In this document: piece after piece, positions 1 to 11,405 of the stretch
Position numbering within the stretch: the first letter of the stretch is position 1
Layout: the number at the start of each line of letters is the position of its first letter
Assembly (NCBI GenBank): GCA_965224025.1
Contig: OZ245033.1
Coordinates: forward strand, 1,760,001 to 1,824,000
DNA: 64,000 nt
From: Candidatus Multivorans sp.
GTDB taxonomy: Bacteria; Acidobacteriota; Thermoanaerobaculia; Multivoradales; Multivoraceae
Direction of reading: 5' to 3'
Notes under the pieces: generated by a model
Seen by the model: the letters and a program-made list of their open reading frames with translations, nothing else
Told to the model about the DNA's origin: nothing
Database searches by the model: none
Position numbers and translations under genes: made by a program

Positions 1-371
1 GTCAGGCTCATGGCGTACGTCCCTCGCACGAATGCCAGGTCGCCGCTGTACTCGCTCTCGTCGACGTGGAGTTGCATGTCCCAGTTGGTGTCCGCATAGT
101 CGGAGGCGGCGAAAAGACGAATCGCGTCGCGGCCGACCTTCGGCGTACTGTTCGACTGCATGCGGATGGCGTCTTCGGTGTACAGCACAGCCAAGCCGTC
201 CGCATCGCCCCGGTTCACCGCCTGCAGGTACTTGGCGGCGAGCTCGTTCAGGGCCGCTTCATTCTCGGCCACCGGATCCACTTCCGGGACGGGCGCCTCT
301 TCTTCCGGCGGCGCCGCACAGCCCGCGGCAAGGATCAGGACCGAGCAAATCACGATGGTGGCAGGGTTCAT
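1..371 (-). CDS. NTF2-like/DUF4440 (YybH/SnoaL-like) lipoprotein, partial (runs off the window edge)
   Basis: Manual translation from ATG at 371: MNPATIVICSVLILAAGC (lipobox) ... YLQAVNRGDADGLAVLYTEDAIRM ... GRDAIR ... SGDLAFVRGTY, a typical NTF2-like pattern. Confidence 0.75.
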   Translation of the reverse strand, partial: MNPATIVICSVLILAAGCAAPPEEEAPVPEVDPVAENEAALNELAAKYLQAVNRGDADGLAVLYTEDAIRMQSNSTPKVGRDAIRLFAASDYADTNWDMQLHVDESEYSGDLAFVRGTYAMSL

Positions 372-550
372 CCGGAGGATTTCTCGACAACCCATTCCGG
401 ACCTCCTTTCCGCGGCAAGCCGCAAAGTGTTGCTCGTTGTCAGTCACCCCTAAGGGTAGCACCCGGACTCCGCGGAGAACGCCATCCGGCTGCCCGGCTT
501 CGACGATTGATCGTAGGGTTGCAGCCGCGGCGCATAGTCTCCCCGCTGTC

Positions 551-2626
551 ATGACGCGCCCGCGTTTATCCTTGTCGGCCGCCACCGCGGCCTCAGCCGC
601 AGGTCTGGCCGCTGTCGCGCTGGGATCGGCGCCCTGGATCGCCGGGACGATCGTGGTCGTCGAGCCGGACATGGCCCGGCTCGCTCTCGCCGCCGCCGCG
701 CTGGGCGGCATCGCCTCGATCGGAGTGGCCGCCCTTGCCCGTCGGACCCATCCGGCGCTTCGAGTCACGGTCCTGACTCTCGGCCTGCTGGCCGCGGCAT
801 CGAGTCCGGCCTTCGTGGCGCTACTGGCTTACCAACAGCCGGCGGAACCTCGGCCGGCCGGCGCACCGGCAAGCGCCGAATCGACGACCTCAACAGACCG
901 GCTCCGCCTACTGCAACTGAACGCCTACCACGGCTATCCGGCCGGTGGCGGGCGCCTCCTGCAACCCGCTTCCGCATCCGACCGGCGAGAGCGCGCGGAC
1001 CGGCTGGCGGCCGCGATCGCTCGCCTGCGACCGGACATCGTCGTCCTCCAGGAAGCCTGGTGCACGGTCGCCGAAGGCTGCCTCACAGACCGGCTTGCAG
1101 GCGATCTCGATCTGCACGCGGTCTACGCCCGCGCCAACGGCTCGCTGCGCTGGCTCGGCTTTGAAGAGGGAGCGGCAATCCTCAGCCGCTTTCCCATCGC
1201 CGTCGCGGCGACCTGGCGCCTGCCACCCGACCGCGACCGCTTCGAGCGGCGCATCGCCCTGACGGCACGGATTGACCATCCCGCTCTGCCCTTCGAGGTG
1301 GTGGGCGTCCACGCCGCCAACAGCGACTCCGAGCTCGCCGCCGCCCAAACGGAGCATCTGCTCGAGCGATTGCTCGCGCACCCCGACCGGCCGGCGCTGG
1401 TCGCAGGCGACTTCAACCTCGACAGCAGCCACCCCGCGCTCGGCCGGTTCGGCGAAGCCGGGTACCGCGACCTTCATCCCGGCGGCATCGATCATGTGCT
1501 GCTCGACGCCAGGGCGTCAGGGTGGCGGCCGCTGTGGACCGAGTGGTCCCCGCAGCCGAGCGACGCCCCCGCGATCTCCGATCATCCCGGCGTCCTGGTC
1601 GAGTTCCAGTTGCCGGTCCCTCCTCCCGACCATGACTGGTCCGGCGACTGGGCGCCTGTCCCTGCCGACCAGGTCGGGCTCGACCCGGACCGGCTGAAGC
1701 AGGCGGTCGACGACATCGGCGGGCTCCAAGGCGTCCAGGGCGTCCTGATCGCGCGTCACGGACGCCTGGTTGCCGAGCGCTACTTCCGCCGCGCCGCCGG
1801 CCAGCGTGCACACAACATGAAGTCGGCCTCGAAGAGTGTCCTCTCGGCACTGGCGGGCCTGGCGGTCAAAGAGGGCGTCCTCGATCTCGATCAGCCGATT
1901 GCCGACGTTCTGCCAGAGGCCGCCGATCTCGACGACCCGCGCAAGCAGGCGATCACCGTACGCCACCTGCTGACGATGACGTCGGGCCTCGCATCGACCA
2001 GCTTCGGCAACTACGGCTCGTGGGTGGCGTCCCGGAACTGGGTCCGGGCGGCGCTGGCGCGGCCGCTCGAAGCCGAGCCGGGAACCCGCTTCTCGTACAG
2101 CACCGGCAACACTCACCTGCTCTCGGCCACGCTGGCCAGAGCAGCCGGCAAGAGCACGCACGACTTCGCCCGCGAGCACCTGTTCGCCCCACTCGGAATC
2201 CGCCGTTCGGCCTGGGCCCGCGACCGGCAGGGCATCCACGTCGGCGGCAACAACCTCTCGCTGCTGCCGCGCGACATGCTGAAGTTCGGCCAGCTCTACC
2301 TGAACCGCGGCCGCTGGGGCGAACGCCAACTCCTGCCCTGGCAGTGGGTCGACGAGTCCACCCGGCCCGGCCTCGCCGGCCCTCGCGGCCGCGGCCGGAT
2401 CTACGGCGGCTACGGCTACCTGTGGTGGCTCAGAGGGCCACGGGAACGGGGCGCCTACATCGCCAGCGGCTACGGAGGCCAGTACATCTACGTCTCCCCG
2501 GCCGAGGATCTGGTTCTGGTCGTCATCTCGACGGAGATCTCGAAGGGGCGGGGATGGCGCGGCGAATTGTTCGGCATCGTCCGCAAAGGCATCGCGGGCA
2601 GCGTGATCGACCCGTACGAACGCTAG
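551..2626 (+). CDS. Membrane-anchored endonuclease/exonuclease/phosphatase (EEP) domain fused to a beta-lactamase-family serine hydrolase
   Basis: N-terminal TM helices. EEP motifs LQLN, PDIVVLQE, AGDFN, IDHV, SDH. C-terminal SxxK (SASK), LLTMTSG, FSYSTGN, ASGYGGQ. ATG at 551 is preferred over the ORF-track start. Confidence 0.8.
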   Translation: MTRPRLSLSAATAASAAGLAAVALGSAPWIAGTIVVVEPDMARLALAAAALGGIASIGVAALARRTHPALRVTVLTLGLLAAASSPAFVALLAYQQPAEPRPAGAPASAESTTSTDRLRLLQLNAYHGYPAGGGRLLQPASASDRRERADRLAAAIARLRPDIVVLQEAWCTVAEGCLTDRLAGDLDLHAVYARANGSLRWLGFEEGAAILSRFPIAVAATWRLPPDRDRFERRIALTARIDHPALPFEVVGVHAANSDSELAAAQTEHLLERLLAHPDRPALVAGDFNLDSSHPALGRFGEAGYRDLHPGGIDHVLLDARASGWRPLWTEWSPQPSDAPAISDHPGVLVEFQLPVPPPDHDWSGDWAPVPADQVGLDPDRLKQAVDDIGGLQGVQGVLIARHGRLVAERYFRRAAGQRAHNMKSASKSVLSALAGLAVKEGVLDLDQPIADVLPEAADLDDPRKQAITVRHLLTMTSGLASTSFGNYGSWVASRNWVRAALARPLEAEPGTRFSYSTGNTHLLSATLARAAGKSTHDFAREHLFAPLGIRRSAWARDRQGIHVGGNNLSLLPRDMLKFGQLYLNRGRWGERQLLPWQWVDESTRPGLAGPRGRGRIYGGYGYLWWLRGPRERGAYIASGYGGQYIYVSPAEDLVLVVISTEISKGRGWRGELFGIVRKGIAGSVIDPYER

Positions 2627-2695
2627 CGGCCGGACATCTCCCGCCGGATGCGGGCAGGATGCCGACGCCGCCGTTGTAGACTGACCGACACTCCA

Positions 2696-5600
2696 ATGGA
2701 CCGGAATTCGAGGACTTCGCTACGTCCTGGCGCTGTGATCTTGGCGGCGGCATTGCTCGGTGGCGGGCCCGCGGCCGGGGCGGAGTTTGCGCCCGAAGAC
2801 CTTGAGTTCTTCGAGCAGAAGATCCGCCCCGTTCTGGTCGAGCACTGCTACACCTGCCACAACAGCACCGAGATCGCGGAGAGCGGGCTGCGCCTCGACT
2901 ATCGGAATGGTGTGCTCGAAGGCGGCATGCGGGGTCCGGCGATCGAGCCCGGCAAGCCGCGCTCCAGTCTGCTTCTGCGGGCGATGCGCCACCCCAGCCT
3001 CGATTTCCGCATGCCGCTTGGCGGCGCCAAGCTGCCGGACCACATCATCGCCGACTTCGAGCGCTGGATCGAGATCGGCGCGCCCGATCCACGCGACGAA
3101 CCGCCGTCAGCCACCGCGCTCAAGGAGGCGACGTCCTGGCAGACGACCCTCGAACAGCGCAAGCAGTGGTGGAGCCTGCAGCCGATCGCCGCCCCAGAAC
3201 CTCCCGAAGTCGCCGATGGGCTTTGGTCGAAGAACGCGATCGACCGTTTCCTGGCCGCTGGACTCGCCGGGGCCGATCTCGAACCCGCGCCGCTCGCCGA
3301 ACCGCGGACCATCATGCGCCGGCTCTCCTACGTGCTGACCGGACTGCCGCCGACGCCAGCTCAGGTCAACGACTTCGAGCGCCGCGCCTCAATCGACCGG
3401 AACGCCGCCGTCGCGGAGGAGGTCGATCGGCTGCTGGCCGATCCGGCCTTCGGCGAACGCTGGGCGCGGCACTGGATGGACTGGATCCGCTACGCCGAGT
3501 CGCACGGCAGCGAAGGCGACCCGCCGGTCCCCTACGCCTGGCGCTACCGCGACTACCTGATCCGGGCGCTCAACGCGGACGTTCCCATCGATCAACTGAT
3601 CCGGGAACACCTGGCCGGCGACCTGCTCGACGAGCCCCGGATGAACCCCGAACTCGGGATCAACGAGTCGGCGATCGGCATCGCCCAGTACCGCTTCGTG
3701 CTGCACGGCTTCGGCCCCACCGACGCCCTGGACGAGCAGGTGCGTTTCACCGAGAACCAGATCGACGTCGTCTCCAAGGCCTTCCTGGGGATGACCGTCG
3801 CCTGCGCCCGTTGCCACGACCACAAGTTCGACGCGATCAGCCAGACCGACTTCTACGCTTTCTACGGCACGATGGTGAACGGCCGCCCGGGGGTTCAGAC
3901 GGTCGACGACGAGGCCCGCCGAAACGCCCACCGGCACGAGTTGACCCAGCTCAAGAGCGAGTTGCGGCAGGTATTGGCCGAGGCCTGGATCGAAGCCGCC
4001 GCCGGCGTGCCGGCCAGGTTGCAGCAACCGGAAGGCCCATGGGCCGCGGCACTCACGGGAGGCCAGTCGCCCTACGACCCGCTCTACCCTTACGTCCGAA
4101 CCCGCGCGATCCGGGGCCGCCGGGCCTTCGCGAAGCAGTGGAACGGACTGGCTGCCGCGTACGAACAGAGCAGGCAGAAGCTCGAGACCCGGCGGCAGGC
4201 GCCAGCCCTCCAGCGCTGGGATCTGACCCGGACCGAGCACGTAGAGGAGTGGTATCGCCACGGCAACGGCCTGCCGGAAGCAAGGCCGCAGGGCGCCGGA
4301 AGCTACGAGGTCGTTCAGGCCGGGGAGACGATCGTCGCCGACATCCTGCCCGCCGGCGTCTACACGCATTCGCTCACCAGCCGTCACAACGGCACCTTCT
4401 CGTCGCCGCGCTTCTTCATCGAGGCCAAACAGAAGCTGGCGGTGCGTGTCGCCGGAGCCGGAGGCGCCATCGCGCGCTACGTGGTCCAGAACTATCCCCA
4501 ACGCGGCGAGGTCTATCCGATCGAGACCCTCTCTGACGGAAATTGGCGCTGGCAGGACTGGGACCTCGACTACTGGGACGGCGACCACGCCTACATCGAG
4601 CTGGTGACGGCCGCCGATCACCCGATGACCGGCGAAAGCTCCAGTTTGCGGTCGAACCGCTCCTGGTTCGGGATCACCGAAGCGGTCGTAACAGACGAAG
4701 ACGGCGAACTCCCCCGCGACGAGCCGGCCGAGTTCACGGCGCCCCTGTTCGAACTGGAGGGTGCGCCCAAAGGCCGCAGCGAGCTGGCGGCGCGCTACGG
4801 CGAAGCGGTTCGCGACACCGTCGAGGCCTGGCTCGACGGTTCGATGACCGATACCCAGGCCCGCTTCCTCGCGAGCTTCGTTCGCCGCGGCTTGCTTCCA
4901 AACGACATGGACGAGGTGCCGGAAGCGCGTCCGATCGTTGACTCGATCCGGCAGCTCGAGGAGGCGATCCCTGTGCCGACCCGCTCCCCGGCAGTGCTCG
5001 CCGGCCCGCGCTTCGATCAACCGCTGATGGAGCGGGGCAATCACCGGCAGCTCGGCGAAGCGGTACCCCAGAGGTTCCTCGAGGCGATCGATTCCGAGCC
5101 CTACCCCGACTCGGTTCACCCTCGAACGGCCCTGGCGGAGAGCATTCTCGATTCCGGCAACCCGCTAACCGCCCGCGTGATCGCGAACCGTCTCTGGGCG
5201 CATACCTTCGGCCGCGGCATCGTCGCCACGCCGGACAACTTCGGGCAGATGGGCGAACTCCCGTCGAACGCCGCCCTGCTCGATCACCTGGCGACGACAC
5301 TTCCCAAGGACGGCTGGTCTCTGAAGACGTTCGTGCGGCGTCTGGCCTCCACCCGGGCCTTCCAACTCGAGTCGAGGCCGTCGCCGACCGCCCGTGAACG
5401 GGATCCGCAGAACAACCTTCTCTCCCATGCCCATCTGCGGCGCCTGGAGGCCGAAGCGGTGCGCGACTCCATGCTGTTTGCCGCCGGCGAACTCGAACCG
5501 GTGACCGCCAGCGAGACAGTCCCGGCACCCGGCTGGTCGAACCGGCGGAGCGTCTACGTTCAGGTGATCCGGAATCAGCCGGATCCCGTGCTCCACACAC

Positions 5601-6618
5601 TTGACCTGCCCACACCCGTCACCACCAAGGGCCAGCGCGACCAGACGAACGTGCCCGCGCAGTCGCTACTGATGATGAACGACGTCCAGGTCATGCATCT
5701 CGCCGCCCGCTTCGGCGACCGGGTCGCCCAGGACCCCGACCTGGACACTGACAGCGATCGCATCATCGCGATGTTCCGCCTCGCCCTTGGGCGGCCACCG
5801 ACCGAAGGAGAGCTCGATGCGGCCGAGCGGTTCCTCCAGCAGGCCCGCGACCGCGAGCCCGTGCCGGAGGACGTGGACGCCTGGAGCACGGCGGCCACTG
5901 AGCGCCGCGAGGAGAGCGCCGAGCTCCGCGACATCACCGAGGAAAAGACTCGCGGTGTGCTGCGCTTCTACTACCGGGCATCGGCGCCCAAGGCGATCGC
6001 GGCGTGGGAATTCGACGACGAACCACCCAAGGACGGCGGCGCCAGCGACGCCAGCGGCGGTCTCGAACTCAATCTCGGTCGCCATGTCCGCGTGAACGAC
6101 GGCGCACTGCGGCTCCGAGCGTCAGACGTCGTCACCACGAAACCGATCCGGCGGACGCTCGACGAATACACGCTCGAGGCCTGGGCCGCCCAGCTCCCGA
6201 GCGAGGCGGACACCCACGAGCCGCCGGTCCACCTGGTCCTGGCACAGAGCCTTGAGGGCGCCCGGACCGCCTACCGGAACGGCGTCGCGGCTGACCCGGA
6301 GAGCGTCCGGCACGAACTTCCCATGAGCCTCGCGAAGGGCCGGGTCCGGTTCGCCGCCAACGGAGACACACCCCTGCGGATCCTCCAGGCCCGCCTCTAC
6401 GACCGCGCATTGCACTCCGACGATGTCGCGGCCTCCGCGCTCGGCAACATCGAAGCGCCGCCGGAAGAGGAGCAGGCACGGATCTACCGCGGCACCTGGT
6501 ACCGAATCGCGCGGCTCGAGGCGGAAGCGGACCGGCTCGACCAGAGCGCCGCAGGCGGCGACGCCTGGCGCCAGTTGGCGCACTCCATGTTCAACCTGAA
6601 GGAGTTCATGTACCTCCG

Positions 6619-6622
<4 letters not shown>
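2696..6622 (+). CDS. PSD1/planctomycete cytochrome c domain protein (PSCyt1 + DUF1549 + DUF1553, C-terminal LamG-like remnant)
   Basis: Signal peptide; [18 protein letters not shown] (CxxCH); [10 protein letters not shown]; WRYRDY; [10 protein letters not shown]; [13 protein letters not shown]; [10 protein letters not shown]; QSLLMMN. Confidence 0.9.
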
Positions 6623-8037
<1,415 letters not shown>

Positions 8038-8210
8038 GGCGGCGGCGGACACCCGCCTGAGTCGGGACACCGTCCTGTGGCGGAGGCTCACTCGGCTGGC
8101 AGCCGTGACTTCGGTTCGCTTCCTGGTATTCCCGGAAGTGCCGGTGGGCGACTGGGACTCTCCACCCTTTAGCAAGTGTGTTTTGGGGAGGCTGCTGCGG
8201 GTCAGGGAGG

Positions 8211-9464
8211 TCATGCGACCTGGGCATGGCATCGCTTGTTGGGGTCGAAGAGAGTTCGGTCTCGGAGCATGGCGCAGGCGACGCCGAGGAGTCGGTCGAC
8301 GAGTTGTCTGATGGCGCGTCCGTGCGTCTTTCCCTGGGCTTTCATGGCGTCGTACTTGGCGCGGCTGATCGGGTCATGCTCGATGGCGACTCGTCCCCAG
8401 TGATAGACGGCGTCGCTGAGGTGTTCGTTGGCGGCGAGTCGTCGCATGACGATGAGCTTCTTGCCGGACTTGACGGTCACCGGCGCCACTCCGCAGAGGC
8501 AACGCAGTGCCTCGTGGTCTCTGCGGCCCAGGCTTTGATCGGCCTCGGAGAGCAGGGTGGCGAGGCCGACCTTGCCGAGTCCGGGCAGCGACCTGAGGAT
8601 GGCGGCGTCGCTCGGCTTAGGGGAGTCGTCGTCGTTTTCCCGTTGGGCCGGGGCCTCGAGTGCGCGGGTCATCCGCTCCAGCCGCTTGTCGGCGTCGGCG
8701 AGTTGGCGGCAGACGGTGTCGAGCACCGGCCGGAGGAGTCCTATGTGTTCGACGGCGGCCTTAACGGTGTCCGGGGAAACGGCGATCGGCTCGGCCCGCA
8801 GTTGATCGCGCAGTTGGGCGGAGGTCAGGCGCCGGATGCGGTGTTCCTTGAGCAGTTTGGCGAGCGTGGCTTCGCGCAGCCGTCGAGCCTTGCCGGGGGT
8901 CGGCGCCAGTCGCCACAAGGCCAGCGCGAAGGGCGCCGACACCTCGTTCTTGACCACGGCGAGAAACTGCGGGTAGTAGCGCCAGAGCTGGTCGCGGACC
9001 TGGTTCTCCAGGCGGTTCTTCTGGTTGACCAACTGCTTGCGGGCGCGGGACACCTCGCGCAGCATGACGATGGCGGCATCGGATGGTTGCACGCGGTTCA
9101 GGCACTCGGGGTCGGTGCGAAGCGCGGCGGCGAGCACCCGTGCATCGCGGCGGTCATCCTTGGCGCCGGCGACGGAGAAGCGGTCCCTGAAGCGGTCGAG
9201 CTGCTTGGGGTTGATCGAATGGACGGCGAAACCCCGCTCCAGGAGAGTCTCGACCACCGGTCCGTGCGGCACCTCGATGGCGACGCCGATCTCGTCCGGA
9301 GACGTCGGTCGGGTATGTCCAAGGAGCCAGTCGGCCATGGCGGCAAGTCCCTTGCCGCTGTGGTCGAACGCCCGCTCCCCCCTCACCTTGCCGTCCCGAT
9401 CCAGCACACACACGTGGTGGGTCTCGGACCCCCAGTCCACGCCGACGAACCACGTCCTGGTCAT
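8211..9464 (-). CDS. IS110-family DEDD recombinase/transposase
   Basis: MTRTWFVGVDWGSETH (D), AIE (E), AKDDRRDA (DD), LRSLPGLG, GVAPVTVKSGK (catalytic Ser motif); GGAG RBS upstream. Confidence 0.95.
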   Translation of the reverse strand: MTRTWFVGVDWGSETHHVCVLDRDGKVRGERAFDHSGKGLAAMADWLLGHTRPTSPDEIGVAIEVPHGPVVETLLERGFAVHSINPKQLDRFRDRFSVAGAKDDRRDARVLAAALRTDPECLNRVQPSDAAIVMLREVSRARKQLVNQKNRLENQVRDQLWRYYPQFLAVVKNEVSAPFALALWRLAPTPGKARRLREATLAKLLKEHRIRRLTSAQLRDQLRAEPIAVSPDTVKAAVEHIGLLRPVLDTVCRQLADADKRLERMTRALEAPAQRENDDDSPKPSDAAILRSLPGLGKVGLATLLSEADQSLGRRDHEALRCLCGVAPVTVKSGKKLIVMRRLAANEHLSDAVYHWGRVAIEHDPISRAKYDAMKAQGKTHGRAIRQLVDRLLGVACAMLRDRTLFDPNKRCHAQVA

Positions 9465-9499
9465 CTCGTCCTCCTTCTCCCTTGCGGTAGTGTTGCCTG

Positions 9500-9660
9500 G
9501 TCGGCATGCCGCGTTGCCTGCCCGTACCTGTACTGGTGCTCTAAGGCACTGACTCTCCACTGGGCGTCCAACGCGGCGAAGCAGCCAGGGCACGGGTCCC
9601 AGCCAGGTGCTCGAAGCACAGTGCGCCGGTGGTCGCTCCTGGCTGCTTGCCGACCTTCCT
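9500..9660 (-). ncRNA. IS110 bridge RNA (target-binding and donor-binding loops)
   Basis: Two stem-closed internal loops carry segments matching the target (GTGCGCCGG 9621-9629, CCCAG 9598-9602) and the element ends (GACTCTCCAC 9551-9560, CCTGTAC 9527-9533). RNA boundaries are approximate. Confidence 0.8.
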
Positions 9661-9864
9661 TCAGTGACTCCGGCAGGCCGGAAACGAAACCGACCGGCGG
9701 TCCCGGCTGCGGAAGCTGCCGGTCCCGCGGAAAACGGCAGACCGTTTCCCGCCGGACCTTGGAAAACCGGCAAGCCGGTTTCCCACAGCTACCGCAGCCG
9801 CGACGGCTACTGGTCGATTCCACCTCTCTCAACGACCCACCAGAATCCACCCGAGAAAGGTACA

Positions 9865-9935
9865 GGTGCGCCGGCGTCCCCGCCGGCATCCGCCCCTGGG
9901 AACGCGGGCATCCTGCCCGCATCCGCCGAAGGCGG
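9865..9935 (+). repeat. REP-like palindromic repeat doublet
   Basis: GGTGCGCCGGCGTCCCCGCCGGCATCC followed by CTGGGAACGCGGGCATCCTGCCCGCATCC; relatives at ~2641, ~13882, ~13972, ~22190, ~23388 and ~42553. Confidence 0.8.
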
Positions 9936-9951
9936 AATCCGGAGCCCTGCC

Positions 9952-11405
9952 GTGGCAGTCGTGGCCGCGCTCTGTGCGACGGTCGGCGCAACCCCCATCG
10001 CAGCGCAGACGGACGACGAAACCCCCAGCTACTACGGGATGTCTGGCCGGTGATTCAGCAGCGGTGCCAGGGCTGCCACCAGCCGGCGCAGTTGGGTGGT
10101 GAGCTGAACCTGACGAGCTTCGACGGGCTGGCCGCGGGTGGGATGGGCGGGCCGGCGTTCGTCGCCGGGAAGCCGGACGAAAGCCGGATGCTGAAGATGC
10201 TCCGAGGCGAGATCGAACCGGCGATGCCCATGCGGGCCAAGCCCCTGGCGGAGGCGGAGGTTGCCGCGATCAGCGACTGGATAGCGGCCGGGGCCGCCGA
10301 CGACACGCCGGGGGAGATGCGCCTCGGCGCGCCGGCCGGGCCGATCGTCTACCACCAGCCGCCGGTGATCACGGCGGTCGCCTACTCGGCTGACGGCGAG
10401 TGGCTGGCGGTGTCGGGGAATCGAGAGGTCCTGCTTCACCGGCGCTCGGAGGTCGGAAACGGTGACAGCCTGGAGGCCCGGTTCAGCAGCGTTTCCGAGC
10501 GCATCCAGGGGCTCGCGTTCCTGCGCAACGGACGGCTGATCGCGACCGGCGGCACACCCGCGCGCTTCGGCGAGATCCAGATCTGGGACGTCGACGACCG
10601 GAAGCTCCGTGTCTCGACCACGGTTTGCTACGACACCCTGTTCGGCCTCGCCATCTCGCCCGACGAGCGCCGGCTCGCGGTCGGCTGCGCGGACAACACG
10701 GTGCGCATCCACCAAGCGACCAGCGGCCGCGAATTGCTGCGGATGAACCACCACGAGAACTGGGTGCTCGGGGTCGTCTTCGGCGGCGACGGCAGGCGCA
10801 TCGTCTCCGTCGGCCGCGACCGCGCCGCCAAGCTGATCGACGCGAACAGCGGCGCCTTCGTCGAGAACATCAACCTGCTGCGCGGCGAACTCGCCGCGAT
10901 CGTCCGCAACCCCAGGATCGAAGCCGTCGTCATCGGCGGCGAAGACCGCGTGCCCTACTACTACAGGATGGACCGCGCCCGGAAGATGCTGATCGTCGAC
11001 GACTCGACCCTGGTGCGGGAGTTCGAGCGCCAGGACGGCGAGATCTTCGCGCTCGCCGTCGACCCGCGCGGCGACCGTCTCGCGGTCGGCGGCGCCGCCA
11101 AGGCGGTGCCGATCTACGACCTCGAAACCGGCGAGCGGACCGCGACCGCGTCCGGCCACAGCGCCGGCATCTACACCTTGGCCTTCGACCCCACCGGCGC
11201 CGAACTCGCTACCGCCGGGTTCGACGGCTCGCTTCGGCTCTACCGCGCCGCCGACGGCGAACTGCTGCACGAGTTCGTGCCGGTACCGCTCGAAGGCGGT
11301 CTCGAGGGAGAGACCCGAGTGGCGCGGTCTCGCGCCACTCGCGAACCGGTCCGAGCGCCCCTCACCGGGCGCTCGGATGGCACGACCGCCGGAGGAGCAC
11401 CGTGA
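9952..11405 (+). CDS. Planctomycete-type cytochrome c domain + WD40 repeat protein, with a frameshift near 10035
   Basis: The signal peptide VAVVAALCATVGATPIAAQTDDETPSYY is in one frame and RDVWPVIQQRCQGCH (CxxCH) plus WD40 repeats in another; one missing base separates them. Start is uncertain. Confidence 0.78.
11313..11400 (+). repeat. Palindromic ~85-bp repeat read in frame as the C-terminus of the WD40 gene
   Basis: CCCGAGTGGCGCGGTCTCGCGCCACTCGCGAACCGGTCCGAGCGCCCCTCACCGGGCGCTCGGATGGCACGA; a similar copy is intergenic at 32765-32848. Confidence 0.75.

Larger units (their letters stand above)
8155..9866 (-). mobile_element. Complete IS110-family insertion sequence inserted in a REP-like repeat
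   Basis: A GG/CC core is present at both junctions (8155-8156 and 9865-9866). Removing the element restores CTGGGTGCGCCGGCGTCCCCGCCGGC, which matches the other REP copies. No terminal IRs or TSD, as expected for IS110. Confidence 0.88.

Noticed and set aside
3166-5119. Long overlapping alternative-frame and antisense ORFs here and throughout the window
   Set aside because: These are shadow ORFs of high-GC coding DNA with no motifs, overlapping well-supported genes.
10625-11401. Arg-rich N-terminal extension of the PPC protein, and similar extensions of ORFs 32, 25225, 51891 and 62272
   Set aside because: These are off-frame or antisense read-through in high-GC DNA; downstream starts with signal peptides or stop-start overlaps fit better.
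8178-11405. 1075-aa ORF in the ORF track
   Set aside because: Its first ~600 aa are the antisense of the IS110 transposase and element end; only the part from ~10035 is the cytochrome c-WD40 gene.
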